Made by a program: the position numbers and the translations under genes
In this document: positions 12,406 to 23,364 of the stretch, in pieces
How positions within the stretch are numbered: the first letter of the stretch is position 1
Layout of the letters: every line of letters begins with the position of its first letter
The notes under the pieces: model-generated
Told to the model about the DNA's origin: nothing
Database searches by the model: none
The model's input: the letters and a program-made list of their open reading frames with translations, nothing else
NCBI GenBank assembly: GCA_012026655.1
Contig: JAAILG010001222.1
Coordinates: 1 to 64,000, forward strand
DNA from: Hydrolagus affinis
Taxonomy: Eukaryota
Direction of reading: 5' to 3'
DNA: 64,000 bases

Positions 12406-13129
12406 TTGACACCGACACTCACTTTGGAGCTCACACTTGTTTTAGGTGCAGGTTTGCTACATCGGACTGTGACACCATTACCTCACAGTGAGATGGCACA
12501 TGCAGTACAGCAGCCCTGTTACACGCGCAAGTCAAAAACAAGACATTTATAATGAAGCAAACCGTAAACCGTACTGTTGAGGGAAAAAAAGGGCCAGATA
12601 CTCATATCCTTCACCAGATATTAATTTCCTGGTGGTCACAAGGTACATGTATTTTTCTTTCTGCTTTTCCTTCTTTACCGTAGTTCAGCTGTTTGTTAAA
12701 ACAGTTTTTCTGCCTGATTTGTCAGAGCAAGAATCCTGACACCTCTGATCCTTCTTGCCAAGAACATTAAGTATCCAAAAGTGATAAAGCTTCAATTTGC
12801 TAGACCATTAGACTAATTACTGAAATAATTAAGTAACTACTTGATTAGAACTAATGGGTACCTAATTATGCAGGAAAAAGTATCAGGTGGTTAATTAATA
12901 GAGTGGAGTTGGTGCTATATGACTTAACGGTAACAAGTAAAATGGGAAAGAGAAACAAAAGTTAGCCCAATTCTCATTAAATGGAGCTCATTGATTCAGT
13001 TGGAGATCAAACCAGGGACTGGATCCTTTATAAAATGCTGCGTCAGTGTTATACTATAGTTAGTTGTTTAATTTTGCAATGCATATCAAGCCCAAACTTT
13101 CCTTTGTCACTGGATTCAGTCCCTGTTCA

Positions 13130-13270
13130 CTTCAGTAAGGCTATTTGTTGGAGACTGCTGTGTGCAAATCAGCCACCGTGTTTGACTACAAAATGCACAG
13201 TTACTACACTCAATACATCCTTTGAGGTGCTATGAGATGGCCTCTTGACGTGAAAGGCTACATCAAATTA
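13130..13270 (+). mobile_element. DeuSINE 3' fragment
   Basis: ggctatttgttggagactgctgtgtgcaaatcagccaccgtgttt..gacgtgaaaggctacatcaaat. Confidence 0.75.
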
Positions 13271-13829
13271 AAGGAATTTAATTTTTATAAGTGACTGACT
13301 TCTTATAAGACACCATCCTGGAAAGGGATTTGGGATTCACTAGGCATGGCGTGGTTGAAAAGATTGTAATAGGTTGGATTTTTTTTGAGAAATATATTGA
13401 ATTTACAAATATTAAAAGATTGATTGATTGATTGATTAATTAAACTAGAATCAATACATTCTTATCTCAGCCTCTCTGTTGCCTGGCTGCTGCCATCCTC
13501 AAATCTAGCAATGTCTGGATTACACTGTGGACATGGTCTTGTGCTTTGTGCAAGTCGTAACACTGAAAAATATCAGTAACATAGAAAACATGGCAATAGT
13601 AATTACCTGAATCATTGCTCTTTCAGTCTCCAAGTAACATAGGTGAATCAATGCTCATCTCCCATTTGGAATTATTAAACACCTGTACAAAGTCTTACAC
13701 AAAACCAAATCTAGTATTTCATGTATTTTTGTCAGTGGTCATTTACAGAATTGTCTTGCATTGCCCTGTACTGCCCTGCCACTCAACTAGTTTTATTTCA
13801 ATTTCCTGAGCTCTTTGAAAATAAAATGT

Positions 13830-14300
13830 AGTGCTTCCCTTTTAATTGCAAGCAGTAAGACAGAACACTTTAAGCAATTAACTAGGGAAGTCAATTAATC
13901 AAACGGGATGGCAGACAAATCAATATAATATTGTTCTTTTTATTACATTATATTGTACTGTGTTTTGGCAAGGGCTTTGTTCTGTACAGCTCATACCGTA
14001 ATAAAGTACTCCACTTGTTAATATTTTTAATACATTTTCTGTGCTTGGAATTGATCTTGCACCACAGTGACATTCTTTGTATTGAACTTCTCAGTTATTT
14101 TTACGGTAAATTTGTTCCTTTATGTATCTCCAACAGCTTTTCCCTGCCTGAGAATATAATCCCTGGCTTTCTTTTCGAAAGAAAGAAAATCTTTTCCGTC
14201 CATTGATTTAAAGCAAATGATGCCACTTTCACAGTCATTGGTGTCTGAAATGCGACATTCCTTAAATAAGAAATCCAGGTGGGGATTGTGTCTGGTAACC
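13830..14300. promoter_or_regulatory. Candidate conserved non-coding element
   Basis: Repeat-free; CAATTAA x2, TAATCAAA, CTTTGTT/ATTGTT (Sox/Tcf), TTTTACGG and TGATTTA (Hox/Pbx-like) motifs. Conservation not tested. Confidence 0.35.
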
Positions 14301-15342
14301 ATGTTTAAATTAAACCAGGTTCACATAAAGTACTAGCAGCCTCTGGGCTCGCCTCCCCCACTAAAAAGAAACATCTGTTGAATTCTGTGAGTGGAAGGAA
14401 CTCATCTCCCAAACTCGGGCATTGATCAGTCCCTGTAGTTAAGGGCAGAAATCAAGAACACCTTTTAAGTGCAGTTTCTAGCCAGTCAGTATTATTAAAG
14501 AAAATAGTGCCAGCTAATGTATGGAAATCATTTAGGAATTTTTCTCATCACAAATATGGCTGTCCACTATATACAAATATCCACCCACAACAACTTTTAT
14601 ATAGCACTGTTCACCTGGGGCAGCATCTTAGATAACTAACCTCAACTCTTACAACTGTCCCTTAATGGTACTGACCATCTTATTCTAAATCAGGCTTCTC
14701 TTCTGTCCTGCTTGGAATCAAAGGGAGAGGAAAAAAGTGATAAAATATCAGGCAAATGAAAGTAGTTAGTCTCTCACTGAGCACAAGGTAGATGGGGCTC
14801 AGAGATGAATCTTCATGAATAGACGGAGCAACAGGGAAGTTTTATAAAGAATAATTTTTTTTCTTATTATGCAATTGATAACAATCAAAAATTAAATGCT
14901 TGGTGGGCAATGATTAACGGGACTGGAAATGAGAATCAGTGCCATCAGAATTTACTGGAAAAAAATCTGAAGCAAAGAACATGGAGCTGGTAAGGAAACA
15001 ATCCCACTTGGTGCAGTTAATTTCATATATGTGAGAATATAGAAAAATATGTCAGTGGGTTGCTGCTCCCAGCTATGTACAGATGTAGCTTAACAAAGGA
15101 TCTCATCATTTTGCATGGTGGGAGTTGGATCGAATGCATTGGCACACTGGAGGGAGAAAGGCTGAGCGGAAATGAAAGACAGACAAACAGAGGAATGCAC
15201 AGTGGAGAAATTTAATAGGAGAAAATAAAGACAAGATACTGAAAATTGCACAAGGAAAAGCGGATGTTGAAAAACGAAGAGGCTAACAAGAAAAGACAAA
15301 GACAGAGAGAGAGAGAGTGGGAGAAATGAGAAGGATGAGAGA

Positions 15343-15605
15343 TTGGGTGGACATTCAATAAGTACATTGCCCTTTCACCTATGGGGCTTGGGTTTGAATC
15401 CTGTCCAGACTGATGGGATGAAAGTCTCCCCGCCAGCTGTAAAAATCCAATGTCAGATGCGTTTGGACAGTCTAGAGCGAATTCCTTACAGGGAGTGGCC
15501 CTACAGCACAAAACTGCCTGTTGTTTAACACTAATTGGCAATCTCTCTTGGAGAAAGAACACGGATGGGAACCGCAAACAACATACTGCCCTGTTTCAGG
15601 GCTAC
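15343..15605 (+). mobile_element. LF-SINE-like element (5' part)
   Basis: gccctttcacctatgggg..ggtttgaatcctgtccag..gaaagt..cagtct..ttcct..cagcacaaaactgcc..cactaattggca follows the recalled LF-SINE motif order (CCTTTCACCTCTAGG, GGTTCAAATCCAGCCCAG, CACTAATTGGCA). Confidence 0.6.
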
Positions 15606-15749
15606 TTTTCTGATTTTCTGAGGCTGCACTAAAGGCAAAGTGTGGTGCATATTCCCACTGATCAATAAAGTTAGCAGTCTTGACAGTTCTAACAGGATTC
15701 GTCTATTCAAACTCTATCAACCAGGAGAATTTACTTTGCTTTCAACAAG

Positions 15750-15812
15750 AACAATAACAGCAACAAAATTACACTTGTATAGCGCCTTTCGTGTCAAGAG
15801 AGAGGACGTCCT
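15750..15812 (-). mobile_element. L2 3' tail fragment
   Basis: aacaataacagcaacaaaattacacttgtatagcgcctttcgtgtcaagagaggacgtcc. Similar short tails occur near 9495, 14585, 34262, 51042, 60640 and 62402. Confidence 0.7.
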
Positions 15813-16194
15813 GTGTGATTGATTTGGTACTCAATGGTAAAAACTGGGTGTTAAAAGCCAATTCTATTACCTAGAAACTTCAATCTTCCCCTATAGAAAA
15901 CATGACAGAAAGAAGTACTCCATGTTCCAATAAAAAGATGAGCAAAGTGGGAAAACAGAGGCAGGGGAAAATCTAAAAAGCAAAACGGGGAGCAAAGAAT
16001 AAAATGGAAATAGTAAAATGAATTGAATTATGACATAACTTGAAAAATGATGGCACTGACACTCTAAGAACTAACCCATGGGATAAGTAATCACCCATTC
16101 ATAACAAGTCACTCACTCAATATACCAACCAGTCAAGTCATTTGTATAGTTCAGATGCTGTACTTTGGGTAACTAGTCAACTCAGATAAGATGA

Positions 16195-16300
16195 AATAAA
16201 AACAAAAATCACTGGGAACATTCAGCAGGTCAGGCAGCATCTAAGGAGAAAGGAAAAATGAGTCAACGTTCCTAATCCACGACCCTTCGTCAGAACGTCT
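16195..16300 (-). mobile_element. Penelope-like element terminal fragment with decayed hammerhead motif
   Basis: aaaacaaaaatcactgggaacattcagcaggtcaggcagcatct..gtcaacgtt..gacccttcgtcagaa; the minus strand reads CTGACGA-a-gggtc-gtg-gatta-GGAA-cgtt. Resembles a recalled abundant chondrichthyan repeat. Confidence 0.6.
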
Positions 16301-16639
16301 GATAAGATAATTATCTGACTATTTCCCTTGGGCTGATGAGTTTTAGGGTCAGCTTAGTTTTGTTTAAATTAGTGGCTTTAATAGGTGGCAAGTTGTATTG
16401 GGAGAATGGCTGGGAATATTCAGGAATATTGGCGAACGATTGGCATTTGCAAGAAGAACCTGGAAAGTCAAAATGAGAATCATGTTCAGATATCCAACAT
16501 GAGGTTTGTGAGTTACTATATACAGTATAAAAGAGATGAATGCTTAAAAGTATGTGTAAAAGTGCACCATACTTCTGGAAAATTTTATCTTATAAATGTT
16601 TTAATATTTTTCTTTGCTAATATTAAAATTGAAATCACA

Positions 16640-17220
16640 GAAATTACTCACTGCATTTGTATTTGACAGAAATTGCATAAAAGGCGAATGGGATGATAGA
16701 GAGCTGTGACAATAAAAAAAAACACACGTTACTTTTTATTAATGATGTGAATGAACGGAAAAAATGAAGGAAGTACCAAACTTGTACCACATTAAGTGAC
16801 AGAGTGCAGAACTGGTCATTAAAAATTAATTAAATTTAATAAAAGAAAATCTAAATTCATAGAATGATTGAAACGTTATGCAATCTTCTAATTTGTTCTT
16901 GAGCTTTTGGTTGTTGTGGGGGCAGAACGCAGATTAAAAGAAAACATAACGTGTTTCATGTCTTTGTGAAATAATAATAATCGGAAGAATACGAAAAATG
17001 ATGCTTTTTTGATCTACAGGCATTTTATTAATGTTCCTATAATATCTGCCTCAAGGTTAGTCATAAATTAATGTGGAGAATGGAGATATAAATTTTTATG
17101 AGAATGAGTCATACATTATGTGCTTAAAAATGAAAGAATTACGGTGTTTCCAATCGGACACGGAATTGTTTAAAATCCATATTTATTCAAGCTGGTTATG
17201 AGCGGGTTTATGCACACAGA
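16640..17220. promoter_or_regulatory. Candidate conserved non-coding element
   Basis: Repeat-free and AT-rich with TGACA(G) x3 and multiple TAAT/TTTATTAAT/CATAAATTAAT motifs. Conservation not tested. Confidence 0.3.
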
Positions 17221-17974
17221 ATGAGCTGCCCTCTCAAACCAAGGGGGATCCTTCGTATGAGCTACACACTGACATAGATAACCTGCTGGATTTAATCAGT
17301 AAATCAGCAGAGGCTGCTTTTGTATTTATTCCTGTGTAGCATTCACATTGTGTTTTGGGAAACACAACTAACACAGATAAGAGAGAAGAACACATCAAAA
17401 TGCAGGTCTTGCAATTCCACCGGGGACTTTTGTTTCCCCACTCTCTCCTGTAAGGCATTAAGAAGATGGAAATTAGGGACCAAGTTAAGTTGTCTCCTGT
17501 GCTTCGGTCAGACGACTGCTTAAAACATCTTTGATGTCAAGATCATCTAAAAATAGCCTGCTACATCTGAAAGTATGAAGGGTCCAGGCCACTGCTGCCT
17601 CTCCTTTGACAACCGGATGAGGTCTCAATTAAAGTGAACGAAGCTTACAATGTATGTTATTTCTGATACATGAAAAACCCAATGGAGACTTCTTTGAATC
17701 TCGATTCATTGTGGAAAGGCCAACTGAAGTGTTCTGTTATATTCCTCTATAGCCCACAAGCAGTTGAGAAATGACATTACAAGGGTCAGGAACTATTGTG
17801 TTTGTTAGAAGGCCGGTGCTGTGAAGAGAGCAGCGGAAGGCGAAGGGAATGTTAGAAGGAGAAATAAATAGAACAATAATGTACAGGTGCATTCTGATCA
17901 TGTGACTTTGAATTTCTCCTGCAGCTTTTAGGCTAACGTTGAAAATGGTAAAATCAGTTCAGTGGCGGTTAACT

Positions 17975-18335
17975 GGAGAGATCTTAGCACAGAAGGAGAC
18001 CATTCTGCCCGTTGTATCTGCATTGTCATGACTCCACACTGGAGCGATCTACTCAAATTCTAGTTCCTTTTTCTCCCCATATACTTTTACATTTTTATTC
18101 TTTTCATTTTTTATTCTTTATCTAATTCCCGTCTGATAGCATGTCCCATAGCCTACGAAAAAAAATGAAAATCAAGCTACTCCCGTCTTTTAGCTTCCCC
18201 AGTAACACTCTTGTGTTTATTTATGCTCCGTTGTTCACAATTCACCCACTGTTGTTGATAATGTTTCCCTCTTTACTCTTTCAAACCTTTTGGGAACTTT
18301 GAACCCTTCTATCGGATCCTTTCTTAACCTTTAAA
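17975..18335 (-). mobile_element. CR1 LINE 3' end, decayed
   Basis: agcacagaaggagaccattctgcccgttgtatctg (CR1 3' terminus, antisense) through tttgaacccttctatcggatcctttcttaacctt (antisense of the ORF2 C-terminal RLRGDLIEVFK-type motif). Confidence 0.7.
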
Positions 18336-18422
18336 TCTCTCCTCAAAACTATATCAGCACTAGGGAATGGAATATTGTCTGACCTCTTCTATCCTGAACT
18401 AGCCTCAAGCACTCCCAGGCCA

Positions 18423-18741
18423 AATAATAATAATACTAATAATCCTTGCATTTGATATAATGCTTTTCACATCTTCTAGACGCCTCAAAGTGCTTCACAA
18501 AATATACTGTAAAGTGAATTGACTGTATATGTGTAGGTGAAACACGGCAGCCATTTGTGCACAGCAGTGCCCCACAAACAGTTGTGGATTTAAATAACCA
18601 ATTTATTATTTTTTCCTTGAGGGATTATTATCAGATATGAGGAGCCAAGAAACTTGCCCAAGGTTTCGCCCTGACTGGCATCGAACCCAGTTCTCTCGCT
18701 TGTAAAGCGAGTGCTCTAACCACTGAGCTACAGGATTCCAC
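18423..18741 (-). mobile_element. Young tRNA-derived Deu-type SINE, full length
   Basis: Reverse complement: gtggaatcctgTAGCTCAGTGGttagagcactcgctttacaagcgagagaactgGGTTCGATGCCag..., Deu core, caaatgcaagg(att)n. A and B boxes are intact. Confidence 0.95.
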
Positions 18742-18984
18742 AAAGTATTATAATAATACTACTACTAATAATAATAATCCTTGCATTTCCTTCCAAGAGA
18801 TGAAAATTTTCTTTTGTCCATCTGGGCCTTATCAGAACCCAAAACTGGTCAAATATGAAACTCCATGATTTTTATTCAATGATAATGGTTTGAAATACAC
18901 AGATGTATAAGAAAGGTGACTGTCTGGATTTCTCGCAGGAAGAGTAAAAACCAGCCGTTTTCCAGCTGTCCTCGCCAACCATCC

Positions 18985-19110
18985 ACATTGCCGTGTGCAA
19001 ATAGGTTGCCACATTCACCTACAAATCACACGGTTATTACACTGGACAATAAATCTTATGGAACACTTTGAGACATTTCGATGGCACGATAGGCGCTACA
19101 TCAAACAGAA
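18985..19110 (+). mobile_element. DeuSINE 3' fragment
   Basis: acattgccgtgtgcaaataggttgccacattcacctacaaa..ctttgagacatt..cacgataggcgctacatcaaa. Confidence 0.7.
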
Positions 19111-19414
19111 CGATTGTGGTTACAATAGCAAACCAGGGAACTGGATGTCTTTATCCTGTCAGGTTGATGCGTAGTCATGTATCAGCTGCAGTTGGCTTTG
19201 CCTTTCAATGTAAGTAGCAAAATCCAGGAGGTGCCTTTGCAGAAGTTAGAAGAGATGAAATTGCACCCAAATTGTGGAGCTAAATAGAGATGAATTATGG
19301 GTTAATTCTGCTACAATTTGCCACCATAAGCAGGTGACGAGATCGGTATTGCACTTGTGGTTTCTAACTTTAGTAAGATGGGGGAAGGTAGAGGTTAAAA
19401 AAAACTGGATGCCG

Positions 19415-19510
19415 GAGATAAATACAGGACATACTGGAAATGTACAGGAGGTCGATCAGCTTTGGAAAGAGATAGGTAGGTTAACGTTTTAACTGTGACC
19501 CTTCAGAAGG
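19415..19510 (-). mobile_element. Second Penelope-like terminal fragment, more decayed
   Basis: aaatacaggacatactggaaatgtacaggaggtcgatcagc..ggttaacgtttt..tgacccttcagaa, colinear with 16195-16300. Confidence 0.5.
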
Positions 19511-20174
19511 ACTTGGTGTCTTGCTTTGTTTGAAGCCAACAGCAATAGCAAAGTGCTAATGGCTTTCAACAGGTGATGCATAAATGTGCTCGGAACAACA
19601 TTTCAATGTGTGAATTGTTCTGAAGTTCAATTTAATGTTGCCCGCACCGTGGGAAAGATAGCCAACAGGTGGGGCTGATAAAACGTAAACATCCACAGAA
19701 GCCAAGGGAAAGGCTGTGTGTATTTGAGAATGTTATTGGGAAGACCAAATCCTTACAGTACTTAAAACACTGCAAGCTTGACTCTTTCTTTTACCCGTCA
19801 TACGTTAATGGTCCATTCCCCAAATAGTCCAGACTTTTACCTTGCATGTAGAAAATATCACAGAAATAATCCAGTGCTTTGTATTTATATTTTAGTTACA
19901 AATGATTCACGGAAATTACAGAAATGATAAATGGAGGCCATCGGTCCTTTGAACCTTCATATAATACAGTAATTATCAACTCTCAAAGTATTGACAGAAG
20001 TAAGGCAAGAGGTAAGACTGTTGTAGTAACATATGGAAACATAACTACAGTACATTGAATGAAAGGTTTTATCCGAATACATTATAATATTACATTGGGA
20101 CACAATTGAAGCAATAAAACAAGGTTGGCCCACAGGCCATAATCGCATGCATAAAATAGTTGGCCATACCTGAA

Positions 20175-20354
20175 CTCAAAAATAAATAATAAATTGATCA
20201 CTCAATCCATGACTATTTGTGGGATACTGTTATGTGCAATAGGCTGCGAGTTTAACCCACAAAATATACAATCAATTGACTTTACAGTATATTCTGTGAA
20301 GCACTTTGAGACGTCTTGAAGACATGATCAAAGGCAAGGATTATTATTATTATT
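20175..20354 (+). mobile_element. 5'-truncated young Deu-type SINE
   Basis: aataataaattgatcac..tttgtgggatactg..tttacagtatattctgtgaagcactttgagacgtc..gcaagg(att)n. Confidence 0.88.
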
Positions 20355-20433
20355 GAAGGGGAAGCAACTGAAACTGACCTGTGTCCTACTCAAAATGTAA
20401 CAAAAATCTTTAATTGTGCTATGCCATGATATG

Positions 20434-20965
20434 CTATGCTTGTCGGCCTTCCCAACTCCTCCCCTCCATAGGCTGCAGATCATCCAGAACTCTGCAGCCT
20501 GTATTCTCTCCCGTACCAAGCTCTGCGACCCCATCTCTCCAATTTTTGCCCAACTACATTGGCTCCCCATCTTTCATAGGATTCAATTCAAGGCCCTGGA
20601 CCTCACCTTTAAAGCCCTCTATGACCTTGCCCCACCCTACCGCTGCAACCTCCTAACCCCCTATCAACCTGTCCGCACTGTCCGTCCCACCCGCCCCACC
20701 ATCGGTGGGAGTCTTCGGCCATTTTGCCCCCTATCTCAGGAATTCCATCCTGCAGTCCCTCCACCTTGCCCTCTCCCTAGCTTCCTTCAAGGACTTCCTT
20801 AAGACCCTCCACTTCGACAGTGTCATCGGTCACCCTCCTTCCCCTCCCTTCCCTCCATCCTCTCTGATCCCGACACCAGCTTGGGTCTGAAACACTGACT
20901 GTCCAGCACCGAGGGTCGTCCTCCCGAGTTGAAAGGCACTATACAAATGTAATTTTGTTGTTGTT
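20434..20965 (+). mobile_element. L2 LINE, 5'-truncated: ORF2 C-terminus plus 3' UTR
   Basis: ORF 20416-20802 gives LHRLQIIQNSAACILSRTKLCDPISPIFAQLHWLPIFHRIQFKALDLTFKALYDLAPPY, the hallmark L2 ORF2 end (LQxxQNxAAR..LHWLP..RIxFK..APxY); frameshifted continuation SLASFKDFLKTLHF; tail ggcactatacaaatgtaatttt(gtt)n. Confidence 0.95.
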
Positions 20966-21604
20966 AACACTTGTTTTTCTGGTCAAGGTTAAATAATAAT
21001 TATAATTGTAAATAATAATAATATTATTATGATACAGCTCCTTATCACATACAAAAAAAGCTCTTCACAAGATTTAATGTAAAGTGCAGTTTGCAATAGA
21101 GTATTCTGTAGAAGAACAGTTCATAAGTGACTGTTAAGGAACTATAGATTTCATGGTGGATTTCTTTACTTGTATCCCTTGCTGAGCGTTGTGCAGAGAT
21201 TATGAAGCTTCCACAATGGAGTCGACAGTATGAGTACATCTACAACTGCATTAATAAAAGCTTGTCTTACGTTATATGGCTGCCACTTTTTAAATGTAAT
21301 TGTATAGATGAACATGTATTAACTGATACATGTTTAAATAACATATCCGCGAACTTGATAAGCATGAACGAACACTGAAATGGTGTGAATATTCATGCAG
21401 CAGATGCCTATGTAAGTTTTATTTCTCATTTACATCTTAACATGTTATTACAAAAAGGAAAGTCTGCATTTTTGGAATTAGCAAACCGTTTGAATTGTAT
21501 TCTCTGCTTGTAGCTGGTTATTGATTAATTGAAATGCAGTATTGCTGGAATTGGACCACTGCTTGTTTAACAAATCTACCCTTGGATTAAAAACTAAGTT
21601 TCAT

Positions 21605-21970
21605 AAATGTCAGAGAAGGTACAGCTCCAAAACAGGCCCATCCAGTCCGATTGGTATCTACACTACATATGAGTGTCTTTCCTAGATCCTACACCTAGTC
21701 TAGTCTCATACCCCAGCTCTTTCCCCATATTCCTCAACTTCTGAAACAAGTAATGCTTTTAGAATTCACTGTTTGAGAGATGAACACACAACCTTCCCTC
21801 CTGTCTCTATCTTATATTTAAACACTTCTATTGGGTCCCCTATTAAATGTCTCTTCAAAGAGAAAAAAAGACCAAACCTGTTCAATCTATCCTGATAGCA
21901 AAATCCTGCCAGCCCTGGTACCAACCTTTCTACTTTCCACTGTATATGCTCCTTTTGGTGGGGAGACCAG
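21605..21970 (-). mobile_element. CR1 LINE 3' end, decayed
   Basis: aaaacaggcccatccagtcc..ccccatattcc..ttaaacacttctattgggtcccctattaaatgtctcttcaaagagaaaaaagaccaaacctgttcaatctatcctgata (antisense of YxxRLxxLGLFSLEKRRLRGDLIEVFK-type sequence). Confidence 0.75.
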
Positions 21971-22739
21971 AATTGGATACAATATGTTTTGTTTACAACA
22001 AAGTTGTATTTGTGTTACAAAATACAAAACATTATTTGTATTATACAAAATGCTTTGTATAAATTCAACATTACTTCCTCACTTATCTATCGCTTGATGG
22101 AGTAATAAGACACTGTATCCATTGAAAGAATTATTGCTGGAAATAACCTTGGCATGGGGCAGACCCAGACCCTATTGCACTGCGAGAAAACTTGTGAGTT
22201 GCTGTGATTCATGCTAATTCTTCTTGTACGTTGTGTTGTTTTTTTGCTGGTGCAGAATCTGCACAATGTTGATCCTTTTACATTGTGAGTGAAACCACAA
22301 TGGTTTTTTTAAAAATGAAAGGAAATAGTATATATATTTTAATCTTACTAGTTTAAAGGTTATTCTGAAACTACACTCTCAATTTAGTTGGTTTTTACTT
22401 TCCTCCATTCTGCCTCTGACTCAGATACAATGACAGATTCAATAATGAGCTTATCGTGTCTGTTCCTGTACATGGACTACTATAGAAACAGGGTCAAGTT
22501 GCAGGGTGCTGAAACACAAACACGCTGTTCTCAATGCAGTTACCAGTTTGCAGTCTAGCAATTTACGTTTATTTTTAGAGGAAGGATTTTTAAGTTGAAA
22601 GTTTAGTGCTTTACCATTGTTAACAGTAAAATGGTTGTACCAATTCCACCGCCGACATTATACATCTTTATCACCATCTCCACATATTGCCACTTGAACT
22701 AAAAATAACGGTCTCACAATGTCAATTTTTATGACAAAT

Positions 22740-22840
22740 AGTAATAGTTGTTGCATTTTATATAATTGCTTTTATGTCATGAGGACTTCTCAAAAACGCT
22801 TCACAGGATTTACTGTAATATGTAGTGACTGTGCATTTTT
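22740..22840 (-). mobile_element. DeuSINE tail fragment
   Basis: ttgcattt..cttctcaaaaacgcttcacaggatttactgtaatatgtagtgactgtgcattt. Confidence 0.7.
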
Positions 22841-22925
22841 AAGGTAAATTTATTTTGCTCTCATGCTCTCTGCGTTGATACTGTGCTGTCATTACACCAC
22901 GAGAACTGAAATTCCACCTAGTCTT

Positions 22926-23025
22926 NNNNNNNNNNNNNNNNNNNNNNNNNNNNNNNNNNNNNNNNNNNNNNNNNNNNNNNNNNNNNNNNNNNNNNNNNNN
23001 NNNNNNNNNNNNNNNNNNNNNNNNN
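22926..23025. other. Assembly gap (100 N)
   Basis: Run of exactly 100 N; true size unknown. Confidence 1.
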
Positions 23026-23364
23026 TGTGGCTTAGTGGTTAGAGCACTTGTCTTGCAAGCTGGGGAGACCAAGCTGGGGAGACCTGTGTTCGAATCCAGG
23101 CAGGTCAGGGCGAAACCTTGGGCAAGTTTCCTTACTCCACATGCCTAATAATAATCCCTCCAAAAAAACCACAATAATAAAATTGGTCATTTCAATTCAC
23201 GACTGTGTGGGACACTGCTGTGCGCAATTGGCTGCCGCAATTCGCCCACAAATATATACAGTCAATTCACTTTACAGTATATTCTGTGAAGCGCTTTGGG
23301 ACGTTGATAAGATGTGGAAAGCGCTATATCAAATGCAAGGATTATTATTATTATTATTATTATT
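23026..23364 (+). mobile_element. Young tRNA-derived Deu-type SINE, 5' end cut by the gap
   Basis: tggcttagtggttagagcac..gttcgaatccaggcaggtcagggcgaaaccttgggcaag..; CpG-rich Deu core; perfect (att)8 tail. Confidence 0.95.

Noticed and set aside
18660-18741. tRNA-Val(TAC) gene (also 8656, 39426, 58741)
   Set aside because: The tRNA-like sequence runs directly into a SINE body and tail, with imperfect acceptor and T stems and no pol III terminator right after it.
20416-20802. 128-aa ORF as a host CDS
   Set aside because: It is the frameshifted C-terminus of L2 ORF2 in a 5'-truncated copy.
22839-23072. ORF spanning the N run
   Set aside because: Artefact of translating through the assembly gap.
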